From an uncultured Planctomycetales bacterium (GTDB taxonomy: Bacteria > Omnitrophota > Gorgyraeia > Zapsychrales > JANLHA01), in contig CAZAXH010000006.1 of NCBI GenBank assembly GCA_964489065.1, positions 66,867-130,866 of the forward strand: a DNA stretch of 64,000 nucleotides. The letters run 5' to 3'. How positions within the stretch are numbered: position 1 is the first letter of the stretch; the number at the start of each line of letters is the position of its first letter. Positions 19,931-27,664 of the stretch are shown one piece after another. The notes beneath the pieces are model-generated. The model saw only the letters and a program-made list of their open reading frames with translations, was not told the DNA's origin and did not search any database. The position numbers and the translations under genes were made by a program.

Positions 19931-19959
19931 ATTATACATGATGCCCCCGGGATTGTCAA
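19931..19959 (-). promoter_or_regulatory. Perfect consensus sigma70 promoter (TTGACA-17 nt-TATAAT) about 260 nt upstream of recA
   Basis: Minus-strand TTGACA at 19959..19954, a 17-nt spacer, TATAAT at 19936..19931. Confidence 0.45.
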
Positions 19960-20015
19960 TAGTTCCCCCGTCATAGGAGAAACAGCAACACAAGTTTTTG
20001 CAAGGGGTTAGGATT

Positions 20016-21827
20016 TCATGGGTTAAGGCATTCCTTGAGGTATGGCTTCAGGGCTTCGCTGAGGGCTGGATTTTGCTTCACGATTTGATGAAAATAATCA
20101 AGCGCCTGTTCGCATTCTCCTGCCTGTTGGTGTGCCTGGGTGAGTCGGAACAGCACGTCAGTGCTGCCGGGCTGATACTGAAGAACCTGTTGGTATAAAT
20201 CAACGGCCCGTTTTGTTTGCCCAGTTTGTTCAAACGTGTAGGCCAGGTTAAACAAGGCATCAACGTTATGCGAGCACAGGCGAAGCGATTTTTCAAAATA
20301 ATCCTGGGCCATGGAATAATTGCGGATTTGTAGGCAGGTGTTCCCTAGGTTATAAAGGGTGGTGCTGTCGTTAGGACGGATGTTGAGCGCATTCTGAAAA
20401 GCGACTTGGGCTTGAAAAGGATCGGACCGCTGCAGATAAATCATACCTGTTTTACTAAAGCGGATAAAATCAGTGTACGAACGGTCGGCCTGCTCCTTAG
20501 GGAAAGCTAAAATAAATAATAGAATAAAAAAAGCGGTTATCCCCAGGTGAGACCATTCTTTCTTTTTAAAGGAGTCCGCGGTCCAGAGCAGCGTGTAGGA
20601 TTCATAAAGCAGAAAGACAGGTAAGACAGTCGCTCGGTGCCGGGTTGTCAGGAAAAAAACAGTTGTCATAATCCATTGGCTGATTATTAACAGGTTTAGA
20701 AAGAGCGTGGCGGGGTGTTTTTTACGGGTAAAAAAAATACCAATGAGCGCCAGGGGGCAGATAATCCCGAAAGGGTTGATGTCAAGAATCCTTTGCCAGT
20801 TTTCCTGCAACAGCAGATCGGCATCATGGGCGTTTTCCGTGTCCGTAAAAAAAAGTCTGTTTTTCCGCAGGAAGAGTTTCAGGGATTTCGACGGATGCTC
20901 CCGGATAAACTGGAACGCCTTGTCCTGCCAGAATTGTGAAATTTGTCGCGGGGATAGCTTCCGGCGGGCGATCTTTTCAGCGATAATTTTTTGGTCCTCA
21001 TCCTGCCCTTGATGCGACGGCCTTAAAAACGCCGGGTGGTCATAGACGCCGGTGGCCAGAGGGTTGTTTCCGGTATAAAAACTGAGACCGCTTTGCGCGC
21101 TGATGACCGTCCAATCCCCGCCGACAATGCGGTTGCGCAGGGCCGCGGATGCCAGGATAAGGGCGGCACCCAACCCCAGGGGCAGCAGGATTTTTAAAAA
21201 TTTAACCCGCCAAAAGTAGGGCCATCGCGCCACAATACTTAGGGTTAAAAGACACAGGAAAAATGCGAACTTCCCGTCTCCCAGAATGGCGATCCCGGTG
21301 ATGACCCCGAAAAGGAACCACTCCCGGGGCCGGTCTTTCAGCAGATCGTTTGCCAGATAATAGAGGAGAAACAGCGATAAGGATATCAACAGGGTGACTG
21401 GCATCATCAGCCAGTCATAGTAAATTAGGAAAAAGTTGGTCGCGGCCAGAAGGGCTGCCAGGAAGCCCACTCGCCGGGAAAAGATTTTCCCCCCGATGGC
21501 GAAAAGCAGGACACAATTTAAAGATCCCAGAACCAAGTGGAAAAAACGAACGATTTCAATGTGCCCCAGGGCCAGACGGATGAGGACGGCCAGAAAATAA
21601 GGGTATAGCGGCAGCCCGAAGAAGGTCTGGTCTCCCAGCCAGTTCCCTCTCGCGATTTCTCTGGCCCAGTCCTGATAATAGGTGACATCGGAACTCGGGG
21701 ATCCGTAAAATAAATAATTTGCTTTGAGGAACTGCTGATATCCAAGCCTCAGACAGAACGCCAGGACAAAAATTCCGGCATAAAGCCAGCCGGATTTAAT
21801 TTTTGTTGAAGCCGGTTTATTTTGCAT
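20016..21827 (-). CDS. Polytopic membrane glycosyltransferase (GT39/PMT_2/ArnT-like) fused to C-terminal TPR repeats
   Basis: About 12 TM N-terminal region with the YYQDW..E loop typical of GT-C transferases. The C-terminal ~150 aa form 3-4 TPR units (AxxxFxxAL...P). Confidence 0.6.
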   Translation of the reverse strand: MQNKPASTKIKSGWLYAGIFVLAFCLRLGYQQFLKANYLFYGSPSSDVTYYQDWAREIARGNWLGDQTFFGLPLYPYFLAVLIRLALGHIEIVRFFHLVLGSLNCVLLFAIGGKIFSRRVGFLAALLAATNFFLIYYDWLMMPVTLLISLSLFLLYYLANDLLKDRPREWFLFGVITGIAILGDGKFAFFLCLLTLSIVARWPYFWRVKFLKILLPLGLGAALILASAALRNRIVGGDWTVISAQSGLSFYTGNNPLATGVYDHPAFLRPSHQGQDEDQKIIAEKIARRKLSPRQISQFWQDKAFQFIREHPSKSLKLFLRKNRLFFTDTENAHDADLLLQENWQRILDINPFGIICPLALIGIFFTRKKHPATLFLNLLIISQWIMTTVFFLTTRHRATVLPVFLLYESYTLLWTADSFKKKEWSHLGITAFFILLFILAFPKEQADRSYTDFIRFSKTGMIYLQRSDPFQAQVAFQNALNIRPNDSTTLYNLGNTCLQIRNYSMAQDYFEKSLRLCSHNVDALFNLAYTFEQTGQTKRAVDLYQQVLQYQPGSTDVLFRLTQAHQQAGECEQALDYFHQIVKQNPALSEALKPYLKECLNP

Positions 21828-22557
21828 GGCAACAATAAAAGCGGATTAACGCTACGCTGACAAGAGCGGCGGTGTCAACTTTCAGCACGTTTTTGCCTAA
21901 CGAAACCGGAATCGCGCCGGCTTCCACCGCCTCTTTGACCTCGCCGGGGGTAAAATCCCCTTCCGGCCCGATAAAAACCATAACGGAAGTATCTGGGCGG
22001 CATGACATTAAAACCTCCGGCAGTGGTTTTTTGTCTTCTCCTAGCCAGGGGATGACACATACCCCGGCTCCGGCAATCCGGTTGACGGCGTCCCTGAACG
22101 TCTGGCAGGGATGAATGACCGGGACCGTATTTCTTTGAGATTGTTTTGCGGCGTTAACGGCTATTTTTTCATAGCGGAACAGCTTTTTCCCGGCGCGATC
22201 GTCGTTGAGCCTGATTTCAGTCCGTTGGGTTATGATGGGAATAATGTCCGTCACCCCGATTTCGGTGGTTTTTTCCACAATAAGTTCAAATTTGGTTTTT
22301 TTAGGGATAGCGCAGGCTAAAATGATTCCGGGGACGGTCCTCGGGTTTGCGGGGAGAAAACGGTCGACCCTGGCACAGACTTTTTGAGAAGTAACGGACA
22401 TGAGGGTTGCATAGGCTTCATCGCCGTTTTTGTTAAAGAGACAGATGGCGTCGCCTTTATTCAGCCGCAGGACGGTTCGGATATGATGTATTTCTTCCGG
22501 AGAGGTTATTTCGACAGAAAGATTTTGCAGGTTTATATCAGAGAAAAAACGGCGCAT
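21817..22557 (-). CDS. rsmE: 16S rRNA (uracil1498-N3)-methyltransferase
   Basis: RsmE PUA-like N-terminus (RFF...HHIRTVLRL..GD) and SPOUT C-terminus. Confidence 0.8.
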   Translation of the reverse strand: MRRFFSDINLQNLSVEITSPEEIHHIRTVLRLNKGDAICLFNKNGDEAYATLMSVTSQKVCARVDRFLPANPRTVPGIILACAIPKKTKFELIVEKTTEIGVTDIIPIITQRTEIRLNDDRAGKKLFRYEKIAVNAAKQSQRNTVPVIHPCQTFRDAVNRIAGAGVCVIPWLGEDKKPLPEVLMSCRPDTSVMVFIGPEGDFTPGEVKEAVEAGAIPVSLGKNVLKVDTAALVSVALIRFYCCHAK

Positions 22558-22618
22558 AAGAAAACGTATTGTTTGGCAACGTGTTTGAAATTCAGGAATT
22601 GATCTGCGGGAGAAAAAG

Positions 22619-22691
22619 TGGACCGAGGGGGATTCGAACCCCCGACTTCATGATTGCGAACCATGCGTTCTCCCAACTGAACTATCGGCCC
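22619..22691 (-). tRNA. tRNA-Ala (anticodon CGC)
   Basis: 73-nt cloverleaf: GGGCCGA acceptor with the G3:U70 Ala identity pair, D-loop GG, anticodon loop UUCGCAA, T-loop GGTTCGAATCC. CCA not encoded. Confidence 0.85.
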
Positions 22692-22917
22692 AGTGAAAAG
22701 GTCATTTATCCCCAGCCGCCCCCTCTTCCCCTGTGCAGCTTTTATAAGACTGGTTAGGTCAGAAGAGTGGTGTCTGACTTTACTTTGAAAACCTTTATAC
22801 CAGATTTTTCGGAAGCTGTACAGAAAGATTTATATAAATCGAATTCCTCCTTCCTTAGCTCAAATGGCTCTCCCGGCGGTTTGGGCGATGGTCATAGGGA
22901 CGAAAAAAATATTGGAT

Positions 22918-22951
22918 TTGATTAGGGCGACTGAAATAGCTGGTGTATAAT
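22918..22951 (+). promoter_or_regulatory. Putative sigma70 promoter for the pseudo-receiver gene (TTGATT ... TGTATAAT)
   Basis: TTGATT at 22918-22923 and TATAAT at 22946-22951 with TG immediately upstream. GGAG RBS at 22963-22966. ATG at 22975. The 22-nt spacer is longer than optimal. Confidence 0.35.
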
Positions 22952-22974
22952 AGTGCCAAAATGGAGAATTTTTT

Positions 22975-23538
22975 ATGCTAACCCGTTCTATGGTTTTCGC
23001 TCAAAAGGCCGGAGCCGCAACAGACGGCCTCATCAAGGGGTTTCAGAACCAGGGATACACTGTCCTGGCGGCCTGCAATGGCCAGGAAACCTTGCAGGTA
23101 CTCAACGCCAATAAACCCCCGATGGTGATTATCCTTAATTCTTTGTTGGAAGGCCCCGGTGCGCTTGACCTCTGTCGGCATATTCGCCAGAAACAAAAGT
23201 TTTCAAAAACATTGATACTTGTTCTCGCAGAAACCCCTGTGGATAAAAAGCTGTACCGTGATCTGGGGGTTCATGAAATTATTGCCAAACCGTTTTCTTC
23301 CTATGAAATTCACCAGCTTATTTCATCTTTGATTCCGGCTGTTGGATCCCAGCGGAGTGGGGGGCTCAACTTGAACCGGCAAGTCACCGGAGCTACGGTT
23401 GTTATCACAATATTTATTGCGGTCATCGTATATTTCGTAATCATCCCTATGATGTTGAGTTCTAAGTCCAAATCCTCCAAGAAAGAGTTGAACCGTTTCC
23501 AGAAAAGCATGTCGACCCTTTCTGATGAATCAGAATGA
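22975..23538 (+). CDS. Aspartate-less (pseudo-)receiver domain protein with C-terminal transmembrane anchor
   Basis: REC-fold conservation (GYTVLAACNGQETLQVL, LCRHIR, LILVLAE, KPFS), but the phospho-acceptor Asp is Asn (MVIILNSLL) and the acidic pair is QK. One hydrophobic helix (ATVVITIFIAVIVYFVIIPMML) near the C-terminus. Confidence 0.6.
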   Translation: MLTRSMVFAQKAGAATDGLIKGFQNQGYTVLAACNGQETLQVLNANKPPMVIILNSLLEGPGALDLCRHIRQKQKFSKTLILVLAETPVDKKLYRDLGVHEIIAKPFSSYEIHQLISSLIPAVGSQRSGGLNLNRQVTGATVVITIFIAVIVYFVIIPMMLSSKSKSSKKELNRFQKSMSTLSDESE

Positions 23539-23663
23539 CGCGGTTTTTCCCCCCCCTCTTTTTTCCCCGTTTTGCAACAGGTTCTCCGTTCGCCTTTTTG
23601 TATGTTCATCCGACCTTAAGGGAGCATCCTTAACGGCCCCGTTGGAGTGGGTTGATAGGCTTT

Positions 23664-24281
23664 TTAGTAATAACTTTGCCCTTCAGGGAAAATGCGGGTC
23701 TGCAGTGAATAATTTGGATTATCCATCGGATCAGAAGGCGTCGCAGGGCTTGAACGGTTTGTCAGGGAAATATCAAGGTAAAATTTTTGCAAGGATGAGT
23801 TCTGGACTAGGGTGTAGGTGAATAAATCGCAATTGACGCTGCAGCTGTCAGCCACGGCGTATGTCCCGATAATTTCATCTGCGCTGCTACATGCTGAAGC
23901 GCCAGCCGCGGAGGTCTTCGTGCAGGTGTGGATGTTATTTGAGAATTTGGAGTAGCAGCGCCAGACGTCGTCCGTGTAATCATTCGGGGTGCTGCTTGTA
24001 TCTTGGCGGAAGCAGAGATAATTGCTTCCCGAAGAAGCGATAATCCCCGGGCTGTTGATGTCTCCTACCGCGAGTTTGGCGTTTTTAGTGATATGCTCCA
24101 TAGTGGCCCAGGTTTTCATCGCTAGGATGGAATCATCGGATGCCGCGGCCCGGGAACCGCGTAAAGCGTAATCAACGGAAAAAATACCCAAGCTTACGAT
24201 GCCTACGAGGATCGAAGCAATAACGAGTTCCGTTAATGTCAGCCCGGTCTGTCCATGGATTTTAAAATGAATGTTCATCAT
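23664..24281 (-). CDS. Prepilin-type minor pilin/pseudopilin, Cys-rich C-terminal domain
   Basis: Class III signal: leader MMNIHFKIHGQTG then LTLTELVIASILVGIV (G-1, E+5). 205 aa. Eight Cys in the C-terminal half. Confidence 0.55.
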   Translation of the reverse strand: MMNIHFKIHGQTGLTLTELVIASILVGIVSLGIFSVDYALRGSRAAASDDSILAMKTWATMEHITKNAKLAVGDINSPGIIASSGSNYLCFRQDTSSTPNDYTDDVWRCYSKFSNNIHTCTKTSAAGASACSSADEIIGTYAVADSCSVNCDLFTYTLVQNSSLQKFYLDISLTNRSSPATPSDPMDNPNYSLQTRIFPEGQSYY

Positions 24282-24284
24282 ATC

Positions 24285-24662
24285 TTACCAATCGATAGTT
24301 AACGTGACCTTCCGGGCCCCGGTTAACGTGTCATTTTCCACCTGATAGGACGGGGTGTACGTGATCCCGTCAATGACCACCGCATTTAAGTTATTATAGA
24401 GCCCATCGCCCCCTGGTCCGCCGTTCGGATTGAGCCCCCCGGTGTTCCATGTTCCTGCATGGACATCGCAACGGAGCTCCTCGAGGATTTGTTTCGCCAG
24501 ATACGCAGCGGTTACGTCTTCTTTGGATGCGTACGCTGGTTTTCTCAACGCTGAAACTGCGGTGATGGACCCCGCTACCACCATGGAAAAAATGACCGTC
24601 GCGATGATAACTTCGGTTATGGAAAAGCCTTCCTTAAGAAGATTTTGCTTTATACAAAACAT
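24285..24662 (-). CDS. Prepilin-type minor pseudopilin
   Basis: Leader MFCIKQNLLKEG then FSITEVIIATVIF (canonical G-1/F+1/E+5). 125 aa. Confidence 0.6.
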   Translation of the reverse strand: MFCIKQNLLKEGFSITEVIIATVIFSMVVAGSITAVSALRKPAYASKEDVTAAYLAKQILEELRCDVHAGTWNTGGLNPNGGPGGDGLYNNLNAVVIDGITYTPSYQVENDTLTGARKVTLTIDW

Positions 24663-24700
24663 TTACCGTCCTCTCTCTTTCCCGCAGAAGAGCCTTCCGT

Positions 24701-25135
24701 TTATGGACAATTTCCAGTACAACTCGGGTTGGAACCGGACAGCGCGGCCTGGTCCACCGTTAGTGTGAAGGAAGATCCGTCCCTTTCAGCCTGGCAGGAA
24801 AACCCAGTGGCCGGGTCCGAACTGGCGCACGTGAAGGTAATCCCGTCTTCAATTAAATTCAGGTTTAAATCGTTATTCATGTCATAAGCATAGTGGGTGC
24901 TGCCGTCTGTGGGCCAGTATTGCCCGGAACGGGCTTTATAAATTTGTTGAGCCGAGTGAATCGCTTTTAACTGCAGGACCGCGTCCTGATAGTGGGCGTT
25001 TTCAACGGAACGCGTATAGTTGGGGATGGCGAATCCCGCGATCGCTCCCATAACAATAACGACGACGATCAGCTCCACAATTGTGAAAGCTTTGTTTTCC
25101 GTCAGGCGAATTATGTTAATAGAGTCCGAGTTCAT
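24701..25135 (-). CDS. Prepilin-type minor pseudopilin with Ala at the -1 cleavage position
   Basis: Start taken at MNSDSINIIRLTENKA then FTIVELIVVVIVMG. The longer ORF reaching 25174 overlaps the preceding gene. E+5 present, -1 is Ala. Confidence 0.5.
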   Translation of the reverse strand: MNSDSINIIRLTENKAFTIVELIVVVIVMGAIAGFAIPNYTRSVENAHYQDAVLQLKAIHSAQQIYKARSGQYWPTDGSTHYAYDMNNDLNLNLIEDGITFTCASSDPATGFSCQAERDGSSFTLTVDQAALSGSNPSCTGNCP

Positions 25136-25517
25136 AACACATGGTCCCCATGCAATAGATATTTCCCATTTCATTGATTGTTAACGTGTAGGCCCCGGTT
25201 GTCCGGTCCATTTGCACCAGGGGGAATCCGGACGAATTCAACTGAATATTCTCGAAATTGCTGTTTGGCCGAATTTCAATATCCAGGGCGTCAAGGTCAT
25301 CTGTATAGGTATGCGCGTTTTCCTGCCAATAACGCTTCTGGGCGGCATAAATGGCCATCAGCATCTGCTTCCCTTCTTCCGCCCGCATCCGCTCGACCGT
25401 GTTTCCCAACCGGGGGATCGCTACCATGGAGAACACGCCCAACACCACCGCAACCACGGTCAGCTCAGCCAGCGTAAAGGCCTGTCTTGTTCTAATATTG
25501 GGGCATCTTGTTATCAT
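25116..25517 (-). CDS. Prepilin-type minor pseudopilin with Ala at the -1 cleavage position
   Basis: MITRCPNIRTRQA then FTLAELTVVAVVLGV, verified by reverse-complementing 25441..25517. 133 aa. No SD; the start directly follows the upstream terminator U-tract. Confidence 0.5.
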   Translation of the reverse strand: MITRCPNIRTRQAFTLAELTVVAVVLGVFSMVAIPRLGNTVERMRAEEGKQMLMAIYAAQKRYWQENAHTYTDDLDALDIEIRPNSNFENIQLNSSGFPLVQMDRTTGAYTLTINEMGNIYCMGTMCYELGLY

Positions 25518-25521
25518 AGCT

Positions 25522-25565
25522 TATAGAAAAATAAGGGAGCAACATTGGAACCCAATGTTGCTCCC
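25522..25565 (-). terminator. Intrinsic terminator immediately downstream of the major pseudopilin gene
   Basis: Perfect 12-bp stem GGGAGCAACATT / AATGTTGCTCCC (plus-strand 25535-25546 and 25554-25565) with a 7-nt loop. It is followed on the minus strand by CTTATTTTTCT. Confidence 0.6.
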
Positions 25566-25598
25566 AAGTTTCATGTGCGTCTTATCAGCCGTTCTCTA

Positions 25599-26021
25599 TT
25601 ATTGAATGCCTGCAAACGCGCCTGTACCAGAACGGGTCACACTGGTCGCATCCTGGGTTATCACGATCGTAGAAGAACCGTCACCATTATCACGCGTGTT
25701 TCGGGTCGCCGTCACCGTATAACCGGTCGCGCTGGTACCGCCGATGCCGTATGTGAAATGGTTGTTCGGAGAGTTGCCCGGGTCTTCGATATCCAGCACG
25801 TTAAATCCGGTACAGCTGGTATAATCACCGTTCCTCTGTAAATAGCATCTTTCCAAAGCCTGGCGGATGGCTGTCGCTGCGGCCAAAGCCTCTGTACTTC
25901 TGGAATATTCAACCGTCGCGAAGAATCGCGGTAAAGCCAAACTAGCTAAAACACCAACGATGATAATGACAATGATGATTTCCAATAAGGTAAAACCGCT
26001 TTTATTATTCATTTTCTTCAT
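25599..26021 (-). CDS. Major pseudopilin / type IV pilin-like protein (GspG-like)
   Basis: MKKMNNKSG then FTLLEIIIVIIIVGVLASLALP class III signal, GspG-like alpha1 (EALAAATAIRQALE). Strong AGGAG RBS. Own terminator downstream. 140 aa. Confidence 0.7.
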   Translation of the reverse strand: MKKMNNKSGFTLLEIIIVIIIVGVLASLALPRFFATVEYSRSTEALAAATAIRQALERCYLQRNGDYTSCTGFNVLDIEDPGNSPNNHFTYGIGGTSATGYTVTATRNTRDNGDGSSTIVITQDATSVTRSGTGAFAGIQ

Positions 26022-26138
26022 CTTATATCTCCTTTATACTTACGATATCTCAATTAATTTTTTCCTCAACCATTTTCCAATCTATTTTTCCTGGCCTTTG
26101 ACATCACTCCTTTCAGGGTTGTTGGGTTCAACAAAAAG

Positions 26139-26166
26139 GCCTATTTCACCGGTGAGTGAAATAGGC
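26139..26166. promoter_or_regulatory. 11-bp perfect inverted repeat (GCCTATTTCAC-N6-GTGAAATAGGC) 120 nt upstream of the major pseudopilin gene; operator or attenuator-like hairpin
   Basis: Arms at 26139-26149 and 26156-26166. On the minus strand the hairpin is followed by CTTTTTGTT. Confidence 0.35.
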
Positions 26167-26333
26167 ACATTCTTTTCCGTTTATCGGCAACTGGCTGTCG
26201 AGGGAGTTATCCCTGGACCCTATAGTTTTGTGCCCTACCCTCACGGGTAGTTTACCTTGATCGATAACAGCTATGTCGAAATCTAGTTAAGGTATAACAT
26301 ACGGGGTTGTAAAAGTCAATTCAGCGGGGGATA

Positions 26334-26363
26334 TTTTTTTTAAAAAAAAGGAAGCGTTTCCTT
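26334..26363 (-). terminator. Intrinsic terminator at the 3' end of the gspF-like gene
   Basis: Stem AAGGAA-GCGT-TTCCTT (26348-26363) overlapping the stop codon. On the minus strand it is followed by T8 then A6 (plus-strand tttttt aaaaaaaa at 26335-26349). Confidence 0.55.
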
Positions 26364-27612
26364 ATTTCGCGCCGCCCAGTTGGGCTATATTAAACATAGG
26401 AAGGAACATGGCGAGGACTATCACGCCGATCACCGCACCCATAAAAACCAGCATAAACGGCTCAATGAGCGTGGCGAAACGTTTCATCGCGGTTTCAACG
26501 GTTTCCTGGTAAAAGGTCGCGACATGGCGGAGCATTTTACTGAGTTCTCCCGATTCTTCCCCGACTGAAATCATCTGAAGGCACATGACGGGAAAAAATT
26601 GGCTCCGTTCCATAGGGCCGACCAGAAGTTCTCCCTGGCGCACGGCTTCTTTAATGCTGTTGACGACCGCGGCACAAGTCAGATTATCCACAAGGCGTTC
26701 CGATATATCGAGGGCGTGCAGGATGGGGACCCCGCTTTCGACTAAAATCGCCATTTGTGAAGTAAATCGTTCCACGATGGTAAGTTTGTAAATCCCGCCA
26801 AAAGTCGGCAAGGAATACATGAATTGCTCCATCCTTTTCCGTCCAAGATTGGTTTTAGTCCATTTTTTAAAAAGAAAAACCGCCACCCAAGCCGCCATGA
26901 CGATCTTAATGAAATTGACCTTAATAAAACGGAAAGTATTCAACAATATTTTGGTGATACCCGGCAGTTCGACTCCCATGCTCTCGAAGACGTTTTCGAA
27001 CCGGGGTCCGATAAAAAGCGCGAAGATGCTGATCGCCCCCAGGCAGATCATAAAAAGCACCGCCGGATACAGGATGGCAGACATGATGGTGGCCCGGAAA
27101 CGTTCGGCCTGCTCCAGATAAAAGGCCAGCCGGTTTAAAACTGTGGGAAGCGTCCCGGAGGCCTCCCCTACTTCCACCAGCGTCACCCAGAATTGGTTAA
27201 AAACTTTCGGATGCTGACCGAGAGCCTGGGACAAGGAACTCCCTTGTTCAACGTCTGCTTTGATCTTCGTCAGGACTTTGTAAAAGTTGGCGCTTCCCGT
27301 CTGGTCGGTAATGACGTCAATGCTCCGCAGCAGGGAAACCCCGGCTTCAAGCATTGTCGTGAGCTGGCGGGCGAAGGAGAGCAGATCGGTTAACTTGATT
27401 TTGGAGTAGGCAAATTTGCGGTCGCCCGACTTTTGTTTAAGCGCTCTTTCTTGGCCTCTTTTTTGCTCGGCGCTTAGCCCCTCCTCGATCTTAATGATAA
27501 AATACCCCTGCCTTTGAAGCTTTTGGATCAGGCTGTTTTTGTCATAAGCTTCGGTATCAACCTCAATGGTTTTCCCTTGGGCGTCTTTAACTATATAATG
27601 AAAATTCGGCAC
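26362..27612 (-). CDS. gspF: Type II secretion / type IV pilus inner-membrane platform protein (GspF/PilC family)
   Basis: 416 aa, two GspF repeats (T2SSF domains), three TM segments. Confidence 0.85.
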   Translation of the reverse strand: MPNFHYIVKDAQGKTIEVDTEAYDKNSLIQKLQRQGYFIIKIEEGLSAEQKRGQERALKQKSGDRKFAYSKIKLTDLLSFARQLTTMLEAGVSLLRSIDVITDQTGSANFYKVLTKIKADVEQGSSLSQALGQHPKVFNQFWVTLVEVGEASGTLPTVLNRLAFYLEQAERFRATIMSAILYPAVLFMICLGAISIFALFIGPRFENVFESMGVELPGITKILLNTFRFIKVNFIKIVMAAWVAVFLFKKWTKTNLGRKRMEQFMYSLPTFGGIYKLTIVERFTSQMAILVESGVPILHALDISERLVDNLTCAAVVNSIKEAVRQGELLVGPMERSQFFPVMCLQMISVGEESGELSKMLRHVATFYQETVETAMKRFATLIEPFMLVFMGAVIGVIVLAMFLPMFNIAQLGGAK

Positions 27613-27664
27613 ACATAAACCTTTCGAATAGATATTTCCTCAATCATGAACCGGGCAGGGACTT

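Noticed and set aside
23525-23821. 98-aa plus-strand ORF bridging the pseudo-receiver stop and the last pilin gene
   Set aside because: It overlaps the 3' end of a well-supported pilin gene on the opposite strand and has no RBS. The region probably contains convergent 3' UTRs.
26022-26139. Sigma54 (-24/-12) promoter upstream of the major pseudopilin gene, as is common for type IV pilins
   Set aside because: No TGGCAC-N5-TTGC match was found. Only weak sigma70-like hexamers are present.
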